This document shows, piece by piece, positions 12,501-25,600 of a stretch of DNA of 64,000 nucleotides. Within the stretch, counting starts at the first letter, position 1; every line of letters begins with the position of its first letter. Both the position numbers and the translations under genes were made by a program. The stretch spans positions 2,108,001-2,172,000 of the forward strand of contig OZ316776.1 in the NCBI GenBank assembly GCA_973851085.1. The letters are read 5' to 3'. This stretch comes from Ptychomitrium polyphyllum. Lineage: Eukaryota. The notes below the pieces were generated by a model, which ran no database searches, was not told the DNA's origin, and saw only the letters and a program-made list of their open reading frames with translations.

Positions 12501-15184
12501 GAAACTGTTGCAATAAAACAGCGCTATTGAATTCGATAACTGAGTTACAATATCAATCAGTCCGAGTCTAGCCATAAGTCTCCACCTACCTTGTCTTGTG
12601 ATGTTTGTATAAGAGCACCATTGCACCTTGAGAGATTGATAGAAAGCACAGCACTTTCCACCCCGACATCAACTTAATATGATTACATGAAGCTGTCAGC
12701 TTACTAAATCTGTGAGACGACATGCTGGAAATCTTTGAATCGCATTAAGGTAACAAATTCGAATTGCAGGAAAGCAATTGCAGTTCAACAAACGTTTGGA
12801 AATGATTCATTGAGGCCATCAGATATAAGGAGGTGAATTATTGAGAAACAAAGTGCAATAACATGGCACTCAATCAAAGTGGTAATTGATAGCGTTACTA
12901 AGCCAATAAAAGAAATGTGTGTGGAGGAAGTAAAGAGATGATGCGTTGCTGTAATGTGTGTTCAATTTCTACCTTCGAGAAATAGCCTTGCCAACGATGT
13001 GATAGCGGTGACTTGCCTCAAGTTATGGGTTGCCATTAAAAGGTTAAGCTCTCAGAAAGACGTTGAATGGCCTTCATTTAAAATTTCATGAATTGTGACT
13101 GCCGGGAGTTGCATCATAATTGTGTATTGTTGGAAGAAAATTATGGTCCCATGTAGCCACCATTTTAGAGTAGTATTCTGGTGTGTTTCAATTACTGTCT
13201 ATGGGGTCGCAGCTGTGAAATGATGAGTCTCTCTTCAATCTAGAAATAATGCACACCAACAATTATGGTGCCTTATGAAGTTCGTCGGAAATTTCATAAA
13301 GAAAGGTCAATCAGTTTGCAAGTGCCACAGCAAAACTATAAAGAATATTTTACAGTTTTTGGAGTTTTTCATTGTATATTATCGCTCTAGTTGGGCATGA
13401 CCACAACCCAGTTGATCATCAGTATTCATATTGTCACGGTGATAGAGCTCGGGTTGAGTTTTATCTTTCATAACCCTCTGCCTGTTTTTCGGAGTAATTC
13501 ATAACTTTGCTGTTCTTCCCGTCCATCGATCATCACATCACGAAAGGATCTATATCAATGGATTTTAGTAAATGAACTGTTAGAGAATTGCTTCACTTAA
13601 TTTTACTGTTTTCTTTTGATGTGGACGAAGTCCCGATAGCTGCATTCTGCTGGAAGTAGTGCAATTCGTCAGTTGTAGAGATGCTAGAGCGCACTCTTTC
13701 GGATGTTATATGTATTTTTAATATTTCCAGAGAACAACAGAAACCTTCTAATGCATTATATTCGAGGAACTGACGTAATCAGCCAGAAAAAACGTTCCTA
13801 CTAGTGCTAATTTTAGATTGGACGAATTTCGTCCAATCTGTAACTTTTTCCTCCTCTTTCTGTCGAACACTATCAACGAGGTATCAACTAGAGCTAGAAG
13901 TTGGGACGCTTGCAAGATTGAAACTTGAACCCTAGAGATCGAATATTGGGTACTGCTGGAGTAACACTGTCCACGTTGTCAGTTGTAATACAGATAAATA
14001 TATCATAGAAGTACAGATATTCAAGGGATGATCCAATCTATGAGGCAGACAAGCAGAAATAACAACTCAATCGCTATGATACTCAAATGAACCATGTTGC
14101 GTGAAAGAGGCTGATAGTAGAGCTCAAATCGGTAGCAACCACAGTAGCAGTATCACAAAATGCATCACAAAGGCTGGTTTCGCGTCATTGATAATGGGAA
14201 GGAAATCCAAAGCATCACTATGGTGGTATTGATGATCTGAATGTCAACATCCCAATGCGTATGATAGTAACCCTCACCGTAACGTGAGTCACCAGCAGCA
14301 ATCTCAAAAGGGTCACGTCTAAGTTCACGCCACCAGTACTGGCGTACGCAGATCTCTGGGCTGCACATGCCATGTCCTCACTTGACCTCCATCAAGTCTG
14401 CTACTTTCTACAACTTGTATGCACTTCAAGATATAACCATCCAAATCTTTTCTGTATTGATACTGATAAGGCAAAGTTCCCACATTGTGATTATAAATAT
14501 AGGACTTATTTTCAACATCACTGTTTTGGAACTCAAGTCAGGGTTTAAAACTCTGGAATTAAAATACAGCAACTTGAGGGGACACACACCACGGTTAGTG
14601 ATCTATTAGGCTTGTACAAATATATGTCGAGGTTCAATAGAAGAAAAGACAGAAGTAAAGCTACACACACTCCTTTCTCATCGAATTGAAAAGAGCAAAT
14701 CACGGCCGGCAGTTAAAAAGGTTTAAGAAAGTTTGTGTTCAAGCATATTCTGGCTTCAGAAGTCTAGTCTAAAAGAATGTCGCTAAATATGAAATTCTTG
14801 ATAAATTTCACTCCAAAGAAACCCCAGCACCGGCAGGCTCAGTTGATCAATCGATGTGGAGTCCGTCCCATCAAAACTAACTAATATACAAATCGGAAAT
14901 CAGTCTGATCCCATGCTTGTCATGGTAACACTAACCCCAACCTTGTAACATGTGATACACAATCGACATTACAGAATACCAACTGCAACGGAAAATTCGC
15001 CATCTAAGTAATTACAGAAGTAACCTCAAGGTTGGCAACTCCTTCGTCTGAGCTGTCGTTTTAATTTTTCTAATTCTCCTCACAGCTGAATCTTGCGTTG
15101 AGCTTTCGAGGTTGATCCCATCACAGGAAACCTGAATGTGCTATTGTACTAAAGGTCACCTTGACCCAGTAGATAGTAGAACCA

Positions 15185-16671
15185 TTAAGCAGTGCACCAG
15201 CTCCATGTGGAATTGGTGACGCCATCCACCCCAGTGATGCGTTGCTTCTTGGCCAACGGAGCTGGAAGCTCCAGAAGCACATCAGTGTTGCCACACTTGG
15301 GGCAGCTTGGGTGAGACTTGGACAGCATCACGTACATGAGGCAGCTCTTGCACCCCACAGTCACCATCACCTCTGGTCCTGATGAAGCAGCTCCAGCACC
15401 ACCACCATCCGAATTCACAGGGGTTTGCAAACTCTTGGCTCCGAAACAGTCTCCACGTAGGCGCGGCTGCTGTTGCACCTCTTCATCATCACCTGTACCA
15501 ACAACAAAGAAAAATAAAAGGAACAACATCACAAGTTTAGAAAACCACTTTCTCAAAACTCTAGAACCGATATCTCATCCAAAAACCAAAACTGGGGCCT
15601 TGACCAAAAACCCAAAACTAGGATCTCTCCTGAAACTCAAAACTGTGCTCTTTGGTAGTGGTGTGTGTGTACGTGAGGGTGGGGGTGTGCTAGTACCTTC
15701 GTCGCTCATGACGGAGGGGGAAGTGAAGCACTCAGAGGAGCATTGGGAGGTGCTTGGGGTGGAGGCGTTGGAATCGTGTCGAAGGCGGAGGGAATTAGAC
15801 TCCCAGGAAGAGGAGGGGTGGGAGGACAGGAGCGAGAGAGCGGTGGAGAGGGTGTCGGACAGCTTGCTGCCAGTTTCGATGGACAAGGAGGCTCGCTTCT
15901 TGGGAAGCAAAGACCCAGTTGAGCGCAGCCAGTTGGATCGCTCCAGGGCGCTGCGCACCTTCTCCACAGTGCAGACGCTCTCACCCTGGCTCGAATTCAT
16001 TACAGGTCTGAACCTTGTCCCCGGCAGGTTGAGCGACAATTCCAAGGACTCATCCTCCTCCGTGCTCAAGGACATCGTAGTCTCGGTTGCAGAAGAATCC
16101 CCCTCGGTTGTCGTTGTTGGGGAGTACCGCCACGACAGCCGACTCAGCACCTCTTGTGACGACGCGGTCGGTTTCATTCGCTTGAACTTCTTGCCCCCTT
16201 CTTCACTGGCAATGCTCGTCGCACCTTCCGCCGCGAGCGAAATCGATAACAGCCCGATACGCTGGGTTGCGAGCGGGACTTTTTGCCGTGGGTCCCTGTA
16301 AGTCAAGGTTCCCGAATTCCAATCCTTGAAGTAGATGAGCCCAGACTGCAATCATCACCAGGGAGCATACACAACATTCAGAACCCAGATGACAAGTTCA
16401 CAGATAATTAAGACATGAGAACTAACGATCAGCGTGACTTCCAAGACGACGACAACTACAGAAATTTGGATTGTTTGAATTCGGTGTAATTGAAGCCGGA
16501 AGGATGCACACTAAGTCACAAACACTGACACACATATACCTTGAGGTCAAGACACTTTTCCCAACCGCATGGGAGCTGGGGCTCCGGCTGAAGCTCATCG
16601 CAAACATGCTCTCGTTTCTGTACTTCCATCAACACAAACTCCTGAGCTCTCTCGCGCACTACGATACCCAT
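15185..16671 (-). CDS. CFL1-like WW-domain protein with EAR motif and zinc ribbon, paralog B (~362 aa). Exons 16671-16540, 16345-15697, 15492-15185
   Basis: In-frame GT-AG joins give QLPCGWEKCLDLK|SGLIYFKDWNSGTLTYRDPR (WW), LELSLNL (EAR), VCTVEKVRSALER and VMVTVGCKSCLMYVMLSKSHPSCPKC. In-frame TGA upstream of ATG 16671; TAA at 15185. Confidence 0.88.
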
Positions 16672-17918
16672 AGCAATGCCCAAAACGCTAATCCAACTCC
16701 ACCCTCAATCAGTCTCAGCGCACTTGCTTTGTCCTCTTCAACCACCTTTGCCTTGGCAAAACTGTCAGCTTACCAGAGAGGATGAGAACCAGGAGAAGAG
16801 AAATAGCAAGGCGAACAGGCAATCTAATAGTTTTGGACCTCCTAACCCCACTTTCATGCAAGACAGGCACTGAAACCCAAAAAGCTTCGACGCTGGTACA
16901 TGCCCAGACTGCTATTTCCCTGTGAAAATGACCGCCAGAGAAAGGGATCAGTGCGCTCATATAGCCTCGACCAAATCTACTCTATCCCGGGATTATTCCG
17001 TTATCTTTCACCAGTAACGACGCAAGTCTAAAGACTTGAAGGCTGGCAACACGAAGGACCAGAAGCTAAAATCTACAGATAGGGTAGATTCTCGGTTTCT
17101 GGTCGCTGGGTGTCGCTGGAGGAATTATCCAATCCCAGTCGACAGGGTCGGTCGCCTTTTATGCAACTGTGGCATTGCATCACAATTACCAACTGAGTGA
17201 CACAATATACTGGCATAATTACGTAGTAGGTATCTAGCAGCGCAGGTGTGCTTTGAGGGTATTTGAAAATGTATAGTTAACCTTCATTTTGAATTGTCCT
17301 TACCCTCACTTGATGGTAAGGGTATGACTAGAATGTCCGAATGTCCACTGCGAGTAGATTTCTGATCTGAATACCTCACCTGCACAACATCCATATCTTG
17401 GGGCTACTATGGTAATAGTATCCCAGTTGAATCCAGGGTGTTTCATTTTCTGCAAGTTTGAATGTCTAGTAAGTTGAAGGGAAATGTTTTCCTATTAATG
17501 CAAAGTTGTTCTCAGCGCCTGTCATTTCATCTCTGTTTGTGTTTCTTATGATTTGAGTACTTTGTGTTTTGGAGTTGGACAACTTCAAAAGCTTTTACTC
17601 AATTGAAGAGTCATATGGAAGTTATGCAAATTCCTAGCAACTACTGTCATAAGTCTGCTCATGAGTGCTTTGCCTGGCGCCTCCAAACGAAGGCTTGAAT
17701 TTGGAGCCACATACCAATTATTCTTCACAGCCTTGAGAGCATTGAAGACTGCTACAGAAAGAGCTTTGGAGGTGTCCTTTGGGCTTTGCAACATTTCCAC
17801 ATGTGTTTAAATTTAGAAGCATCAAGTGATCTCATTCCGAAATGTGTCTACAGTAAAAGAAAAATTGTAAATTATAAGTTAAGTTCAGACTGTCCCGGAA
17901 TGGAGATTGAGGAGTACT

Positions 17919-18010
17919 GTACTTCAAGGATGAACATGTTAGGCTCCATAATGTAAATGTAGCACCTGATAGTGTGGTTGCTAGGCCTCCCTTGTAGGTT
18001 GACTACGCCC
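17919..18010. mobile_element. third, partial copy of the MITE-like family
   Basis: GTACTTCAAGGATGAACATGTTAGGCTCC matches 613-638; TAGGCCTCC...TGTAGGTTGACTAC matches both other copies. Confidence 0.45.
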
Positions 18011-19269
18011 ACTCAATTCTGTAGGAGACCCCAGGAGGCAATATGCAAGGGTAATATTTTGAGAATGTGTGGTTACCCACCCTTTAGTAACCGCAGAAGA
18101 TTGTTCTTCATTCCTTTTATCTCCTATATTTTAATATTGATCCGACGTGATTCCAAGCACTACAGTATGATAGGCATTCAATAGTGTTAGGAATATTTTA
18201 AATAACAAATACCCCATGCTCTTTACCTTTGCATTCTTTTCCACTGAGATAGATTTCATTAGACTTTTGGATAAATTGATTGACTTACTTGATTAAGAAA
18301 ACTAAAGTTTCACCACTTAAATCATGGTATTATGCTTAAGACTAAACTTCACTTGAACTTATTTACTATTAATGGGATGATGAGATGATTAGTATTTTAA
18401 GAATATGGTAGGTATTGTGTGTTGCAAGCTTGTTGTTTGTAAGTTCAATTATGTTTGTTGCTATATTATTCTTTTGAATATTTATTTGATTTGCTCAAGA
18501 AAGATGAACAAACAATCTAGGTACACAATTTGGAATTCTTCATTTAAATTAAAAGCTTTAAATGACTTAGATATAGAACCTTTATCAATTCTATAAAAAT
18601 TGAGTAGAATGAATGTGAACATGTTGTCTATTAGCTTGAGTTCCTTCTAATGTATTTTACTATAGGTTTTCCACTCTATCCATAGATGAACATATAAAAA
18701 AACATTTGAATTTTGCAAAACATTTGAAAGATTTGAATTGCTAAATTCTTTGAAATAGAGACATACATATACATAATATAATGTTGATGTTTCATATAGC
18801 TTTGCATCTATGTTTTTTTTGTTTTATCTCAAGTAAAAGTTGAATGGCCGAAATACTTATGAATATCTCCAATATATAAAATTTCCTCAAAGTAGGTAGT
18901 TCTATTTATTATTCTCAATTGAGCTATAATATCACAAATTCCTTAATAAATTATATAATTAAAGAAGTTCATGTTGGATTAATAAATTAAAATCATGCAA
19001 TTGTTATTTAAAATCAAAAAATATGAGAGTTCTTTTTTAAATGTTATATTTTTACTTAGATAAATTAACTCATAAATAAGCCATTTCATAGAATTTATAA
19101 AATAATTCTATTAGAAATTGTAATGATTAGCTTTGCATTATATTTTAATTCTTTAGTTAAATTTAAAAGATTATATAAGTCATAATGAAGCTTTCACTTC
19201 AACATTGTTGCTAAGATAAACTAAATGATTAAACAATTTTCATATGTATTTAATTGCAATTCAAAAGCT

Positions 19270-20192
19270 TAGTTTTTATTCACTTTTGATGAAATTGGAT
19301 GAATAAGGATTAGAACTGATGTGAATGATATCTTAAGACCTTGAAATGCTCCCTTTGCCTTTCCATTCCAAATGAATATTTGCTTTTCCATAAGTTGCAT
19401 TAATACTACTACAATTTTGGAATAATCTTTGATGAACATCCTATAGAAGTTTGCAAATTTCAAGAAGCATTAAACATCTCAAATTGATTTTGGCGTATTC
19501 CACTCCATGAGAGTGCTTATTTTCTTCTCATCCTTATGAATTTCTCCTTTGGAGATAATGTAGATTAAAAATTCAACCAAAGATTTATAGAAAAGACATT
19601 TTTTAAATTTGGCATATAATATTCATTAGCGTAGTTTTTCTAGAACCAGTTGCACATGAAATATGTGGTCTTGTTCATCCTTTGAAGATATCAAAATGTC
19701 ATCCAAGTAGATGATTCCAAAATCGTCCAAATTTTCATAGAAGATATCATTCATCATTTGTTAAAAGAATGTAGGAGCATTAATAAGGCCAAAAGGCATA
19801 ACATCATATTTAAAATGGCCATATTTAGGTCAAAAGCTGTCTACCACTTATCACCTTCTTTAATAAGTACGAGGTTATAGGCTCTTCTAAGGTTGAGCTT
19901 GGTGAACATCTTTGTTTGGCCAAGTTGTTGTAGAAATCCTGAAAAAAATGATAATGAATAGTGATTATTCTTTGTCATCTTATTGAAGCCTTGATTGTCC
20001 ATACATATATGTAATCATCCATCATTTTTCTTTACAAATAAAAGGATCTAACAACAAGTGATTTGGAATGTGGAATGGAGCCTTTTTTAAGATTTTCATG
20101 AATATATACTCTTAAGGCAGTCAACTTAATTTGTGATAGATTATATACACGTTTAAAAAATGACTGAATTCCTCTTTGTAATTCAATGGTAC
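19270..20192 (-). pseudogene. degenerate Ty3/gypsy reverse transcriptase of an old host element, interrupted by the 20193-28047 insertion
   Basis: Minus-strand remnants YLDDILIS, MPFGLINAP, LYAKFKKCLF and FANFYRMFIKDYSKIV, with many stops and frameshifts. Confidence 0.85.
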
Positions 20193-21337
20193 TGTCGCGT
20201 ACCTCCTTTTGGGGAGTGCCCGCAACACTAAAGGCACAATGGGGACCCCAGAGTGACATCCGGGACTTGTGGCGCCGATAGTGAAAGGAACCAAGTAGGC
20301 CTAACGTGGGAAGGACCCCTAGGGGGAGAAATATCCCTGGCCATGTAAACCAAGGGCCACAAGGGATAAATCGTAGGCATTAGAGGAATCACAAAGAGCT
20401 GATTCTAGAATGCTAAAGATTGCTCAAATCGGACAAGGGAGCTAAAAGTTATGGCATCCCAAAGTTGGAGTTGCCAAGGGGCTGTTCTAGACTGTGGCAG
20501 CCCTACACAGTGACTGTACTGGAGTGGGACAGTCCAGGGAGGGACTCCCCGGGAGTCCCGAACCTTGGGAGAGGCGTATCTCCCACAATACTAACTCAAA
20601 TCAGACGTTTGAGGAGTCTATCGGCATCTACGCAAAGAGTAGATGACAATAGAGTGATCTTTTGATACATTCGGGCATTGGATGAGGAAGATATGGCTCC
20701 GTAAAGGTCCGATGGGAGTCCCGGAGGCTTCCAACGGCTAAGTCCTAAGGGAGATCGGGTGGTCTCCCAAAACTTTAGATGTGTCGGGGTTCAGCCAGCT
20801 ACAGAGGGCCAGGGGGCCTGCCAAATCCCACAAAGAGTACTATAAGGGAGGGCTGGTCCCCCTCCCCACTCCCCTAGTGTCCTGGTAGAGACCAAGGGTG
20901 AGTCCCGGTTGGTGGAGCTAGTGTTGGAGCTTCACCACGGGGGCTCCTACACCATTATGAGCCGGAAGATGGCCGGTTTCACGGAGGGAACTAGCACGTT
21001 TAAAAATGTACGCTTGTTACTAATAAGTTGGGGTGGTGTCTTCACGCCGGCATCATAATGGCCTGGGGTGATCTTAGGATCGCATGGGGATCATGAGTGG
21101 TGGTGAGGAGACACCACTAAGTGCGGTTAGGCCGTGTGGAATGGAAGTAACATCAAGTGAGGCCTTGGACATGAATAGAAGTCCGCACCTAACCATTGGC
21201 TACCAATCAATTGGGTGTCCTAAGAGAAATGGTAGAAAAACTTGGAAAATGAGAATGGGAGTTAGCTATGTGTATGTGGGGGTATACAGGGTTGACGCGC
21301 GTGACGCTTGCTAAGGTGCAATTCAAGGGTTGCGACA
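20193..21337 (+). repeat. 5' LTR
   Basis: TGTCGCG...TTGCGACA; direct repeat of 26903-28047; TATA-like TATAAG at 20841. Confidence 0.96.
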
Positions 21338-21339
21338 TT

Positions 21340-21350
21340 TGGTATCAGTG
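21340..21350 (+). promoter_or_regulatory. primer-binding site, initiator tRNA-Met type
   Basis: TGGTATCAGTG begins 3 nt after the LTR end; canonical is TGGTATCAGAGC. Confidence 0.8.
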
Positions 21351-21389
21351 TAGGCTTTGAGTATCCAAGTGCTACGTTGCAAGGAGGCT

Positions 21390-22690
21390 ATGGGTAAGAA
21401 AAAGGCCGGTGATGGCGGTGAGCCCGGGGCCTCTAATTGACTACGTACAAGGGTGAACAAAGACCCCAATCCGATTAATGAGGCTCCATCCTTTAATTCC
21501 AATGAGCAAGGGAATGACATTGGAGTCACCAAGGAAATTGAGGAAATTCAACAAGACGAAGCATTGGAGGGTGGAGAGTACTCAGGAGCTAGGATTCCTG
21601 AGCCACCTGAGGGCTTAGAAAGTCAGGACACTGACTTAAGTTTTCGCATGAAAATGCCTAAGTTCATGGACGGTGTGAACCAAGAACTCAAGCGTGGCAA
21701 AGAAGAAAGGACCCATCAAGAGAGGTTGATTGAGCACTTGATGGCACAAGGTTCCAGGTCCTCATCTTCGACCAAGAAGTTGGCCAAAGTCAATATGCCA
21801 AGCACTTTTTCTGGGCTAGGTAAGGCCAGGAAGGTGAAGGAGTTTTTTTTGGAAATGGACAATTATTATAATGTTCAAAAGCCGAAAGAAGTGGACAAAG
21901 TTTCAATTGCGATGACCATTTTTGAAAGACCATGCTCTTAAATGGTGGACAAGTAAAAAAGAGCAACAGCCGGAGTTGGTGGCGACTTTGTCTTGGGTCG
22001 GTTTTAAGGAGGTTATGAGTGAACGCTTCACTCCGGAATACCAAGAGTTGAGGAAGGGCATGAACTTGGTGCAAATGAGGCAAACCGCGTCCCTCAAGAC
22101 TTATGCGCGAGAAAAAGTGGGCGTGGATTGAGCATTGACATTCATTTGGGCGTAGATTGAGCATTGGCATTCATTTGGGCGTGGATTGAGCATTGGCATT
22201 CATTTGGGCATTGGCATTCATTTGGGCGTGAGAGGTACTACTTGATTTTCTTTTGGGTCCGTCGACTTCAATTCTTTCCGCAATCTTGATGATTCCCGCC
22301 ACGTCCTTTGGAAGCGTTGGAAACTTGAATAAGGCGTCCACCACCCACTTTTGAAGCCCACCCAAAAAGATGCATTTCTTTGAAAACTCATCCATTTTAA
22401 ATGTGGCATTCATTTGGGCGTGGATTGAGCCGAAATGTATCTCGCGGCGGAAAACGCAAGAAATTTAGCTTTGGAAACAAACACAAGGGATAAATAGATG
22501 GAAGGGCCTACAATAAAGTGGGCCATCATGAGAAAAAACCATTCAAATTGGGAAATAAGAGTCCTGAGGTGAAGCATAAGCGTTGCCACGGGTGTAGCAA
22601 GATTGATCACTTCATTGCGGAGTGCCCCGATAAAAAGGTGAGTACCAAAGCTTGTCACACTTGTGTTGTGGATCACATTTTAGAAGGTGG
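21390..22690 (+). pseudogene. gag with in-frame stop, frameshift and internal inversion
   Basis: ATG 21390; TGA 21438; frameshift near 21920; inverted segment about 22229-22421; zinc knuckle CHGCSKIDHFIAEC (CX2CX4HX4C) near 22584-22625. Confidence 0.85.
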
Positions 22691-25600
22691 ATTTGTGGCC
22701 AAGGTTTAGTAGCCTTAAGCCAAGGTCGAGTCTCTTATACCTTGAGGCCCAAATTAATGGCAAAAATGTCTCATGTTTGATTGACACAGGGGCAACGCAC
22801 TCCTTCATGAGTCCCAAGCTAGCAAGGGAGTTGGGCTTGTGGGCTCAAAAAGCTAGCAAGCCCATCAACGTGCGATTTGCAAAAGGCAAACCGTACGAGA
22901 CAAAGGAGGTGGTGTTGGATGTGGCCTTAAGTAGTGGGGCACTTGTGTTGAAGGAAAGTTTTACACTATGTGAGATGGATGAAATAGACCTCATTTTAGG
23001 TGATACTTTTTTCAAAACTCATGTGCCAGCACGGTTAGTAGTGCGCCGTGGTGGGATGGAGGCAATATTGAAGTTGACTAAGACTCCTATAGTTGCGGGA
23101 GGAAAGTTAAACTTAGTTTCCTTAGAACAATTAGAGAATAATCAATTTGTGGTTGTGATGCAAATGGAGCAAGAAAAAGGGAATAGGCCAAGTGCCAAGG
23201 AGGTTAGGACTATTTCCAAGTGCATTCAAAATGTACTAAGTAGTTACAAGGATGTGCTCAACAATGGGCTGCCCGTAGAGTTACCGCCACAAAGAGAAGT
23301 GGATCACAAAATTAAAGTGATACCGAGAACGGAGCCCCTTTTGAAGGCTCCATACCGGTTGAATCAAAAAGAGTTAGAAGAGTTGAAGAAGCAATTGAAT
23401 GACTTGTTGGAAAGAGGCTATATTAAGCCAAATAAGTCGCCATATGGAGCACCGGTCCTCTTCGTGGACAAAATGGATGACAAGCTACGCATGTGTGTCG
23501 ACTATAGAGCCTTGAATAAAGCCACCATCAAGAACAACTATCCTTTGCCTTGGATTGATGACCTCTTTGATAGATTGGCAGGAGCTAAATACTTTAGTCG
23601 AATAGACTTGAAGTTGGGCTACTATCAAATCCGCATTGCAGATGAAAATGTGCCAAAGACCGCATGCCGTACTAGGTATGGATCCTATGAATTTTTGGTG
23701 ATGCCATTCGGGTTGTGTAATGCTCCTTCGACGTTCACGACCCTCATGAATACCATCTTTCGAGAAGAGATGGATGACTTTGTCATTGTTTATATTGATG
23801 ACATCTTGGTGTACTCCAAGTTGGCGGAAGAACATGCAAGGCACCTCGAAGTGGTGCTTCAAAAAATAAGGGACCACAAGCTTTATGCCAATGGAGGAAA
23901 AGAGTGAGTTTGCTCAACTTGAGATTGAGTTCTTGGGCCACATAGTGATGGATGATGGAATCAACCCGGACATAAGGAAGATAAAGGCAATTAGAGAGTG
24001 GAAACAACCTTCTACATAAAAGAGGTTGAGATCATTTCTCGGCCTAGCAAATTATTATAGGAGGTTCATACGCAACTTCTCCAAAATTACTAGACCTTTG
24101 TCCGACTTGTTGAAGAAAGGAGCTAGCCAAATATGGGATGAATTTTGTCATCAAGCTTTTAAGGAATTCAAGAACAAGTTGTCACAACCGCCGGTATTGA
24201 AGTTTTCCGAGTTTGAAAAGCCCTTTGAGGTCCACACGGATGCAAGTGACTTTGCCATTGGCGGAGTGCTCATGCAAGAAGGCATGCCCATTGCCTATGA
24301 GAGCAAGAAGTTGGATGGATGCCAAAAGAGGTGGCCCACGCATGAGAAAGAACTCTTTGCCGTAGTGCATTGTTTGAAAACATGGCGGCACTACTTGGGC
24401 CTACATAAAACCAAAGTCTACACGGACAACGTGTCCTTGAAGTACTTTGAGTCGCAAGCACAAATGAGTGCAAAACAATTGAGGTGGCACGACACCTTGG
24501 CACTCATGAATGTGGATTTGATCCACAAGCCGGGGTGTGACAATGTAGTGTCGGATGCTGGGGTGTGACAATGTAGTGTCGGATGTAGGCGGGAGGAGTT
24601 GCAAGCGATGGGCACAACCCAAGTCCTGTGAGTAATATACAAGGGAGAAGGCAATTTGGAAAGGAAGATAAGAGAAGGGTACATGAAGGACTTCGAAGCA
24701 CAAAGGCTTCTCGGTGAGCTTAAGACGGGTAAGAAATTCAAGGAAATTAAGTTGGAGAAGGAATTAGTCAAATACAAACAAAGTCGGGTGTATGTGCCTC
24801 AAGGAAAATTACGATTGTTGGTTTTGAAAGAAGAACATGATAGTCCCATAGCTGGCCATAGAGGAGAAAAAACCACCATAGCGGCGGTGTCAAGAAGGTA
24901 CTATTGGCCGGGCATGAAAGCGGACATCACCAACTTTGTGAAAACTTGTGTGAAGTGCCAACTCAATAGAGCCTCTTACCAAAAGCAAGCCGGTCTACTA
25001 CAATCTTTGCCAATTCCGCCGAGTCCATGGCATAGCGTGTCCATGGACTTCATCACAAGTCTTCCGGAATCACAAGGGCATGATGCCATCTTTGTGATGG
25101 TGGATCGCTTTAGCAAGTTGGCGCACATGGTGCCAACTAGAGGAACCATAATTGCACATAAGACCGCAAAGCTATTCCTCGATGCATGGTGGAAACATCA
25201 TGGGTTGCCGAGAGTGATTGTGTCGGACCGAGATTCAAAATTCACTAATGCTTTTTGGAAACATTTCTTTAGGAAAGTTGGAATCAAACTGACGTTTAAT
25301 ACTGCCTTCCATCCTCAAACGGATGGGCAAACGGAACGAGTGAACAAAGTCTTGAACCAATACTTGAGGAACATTGTGAGTGCGGACCAATGCAATTGGG
25401 TGGATTATGTGAGCCTAGCGGAGTTCAGTTACAATGCGGCCAACCATTTGGCAACAAAGCAATCGCCATTTAAGGTGGCCTATGGAGTGAAGTCACTCCA
25501 ACTTGCCAACTTAGCTTTCAAAGAGGCACATTCAACACTAGAGTTTAACCAAGATGGTGAGGACTTGGCCAAAAAGCGAGAACAAATGTTGGAGAAGACC

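Noticed and set aside
15318..16301. 327-aa plus-strand ORF antisense to CFL1-like paralog B
   Set aside because: Non-ATG start; best explained as the shadow frame of a GC-rich Ser-rich exon, although it does run through intron 2.
22118..22230. 29-bp direct repeats resembling a CRISPR array
   Set aside because: No spacers, eukaryotic context, and the units derive from adjacent gag sequence.
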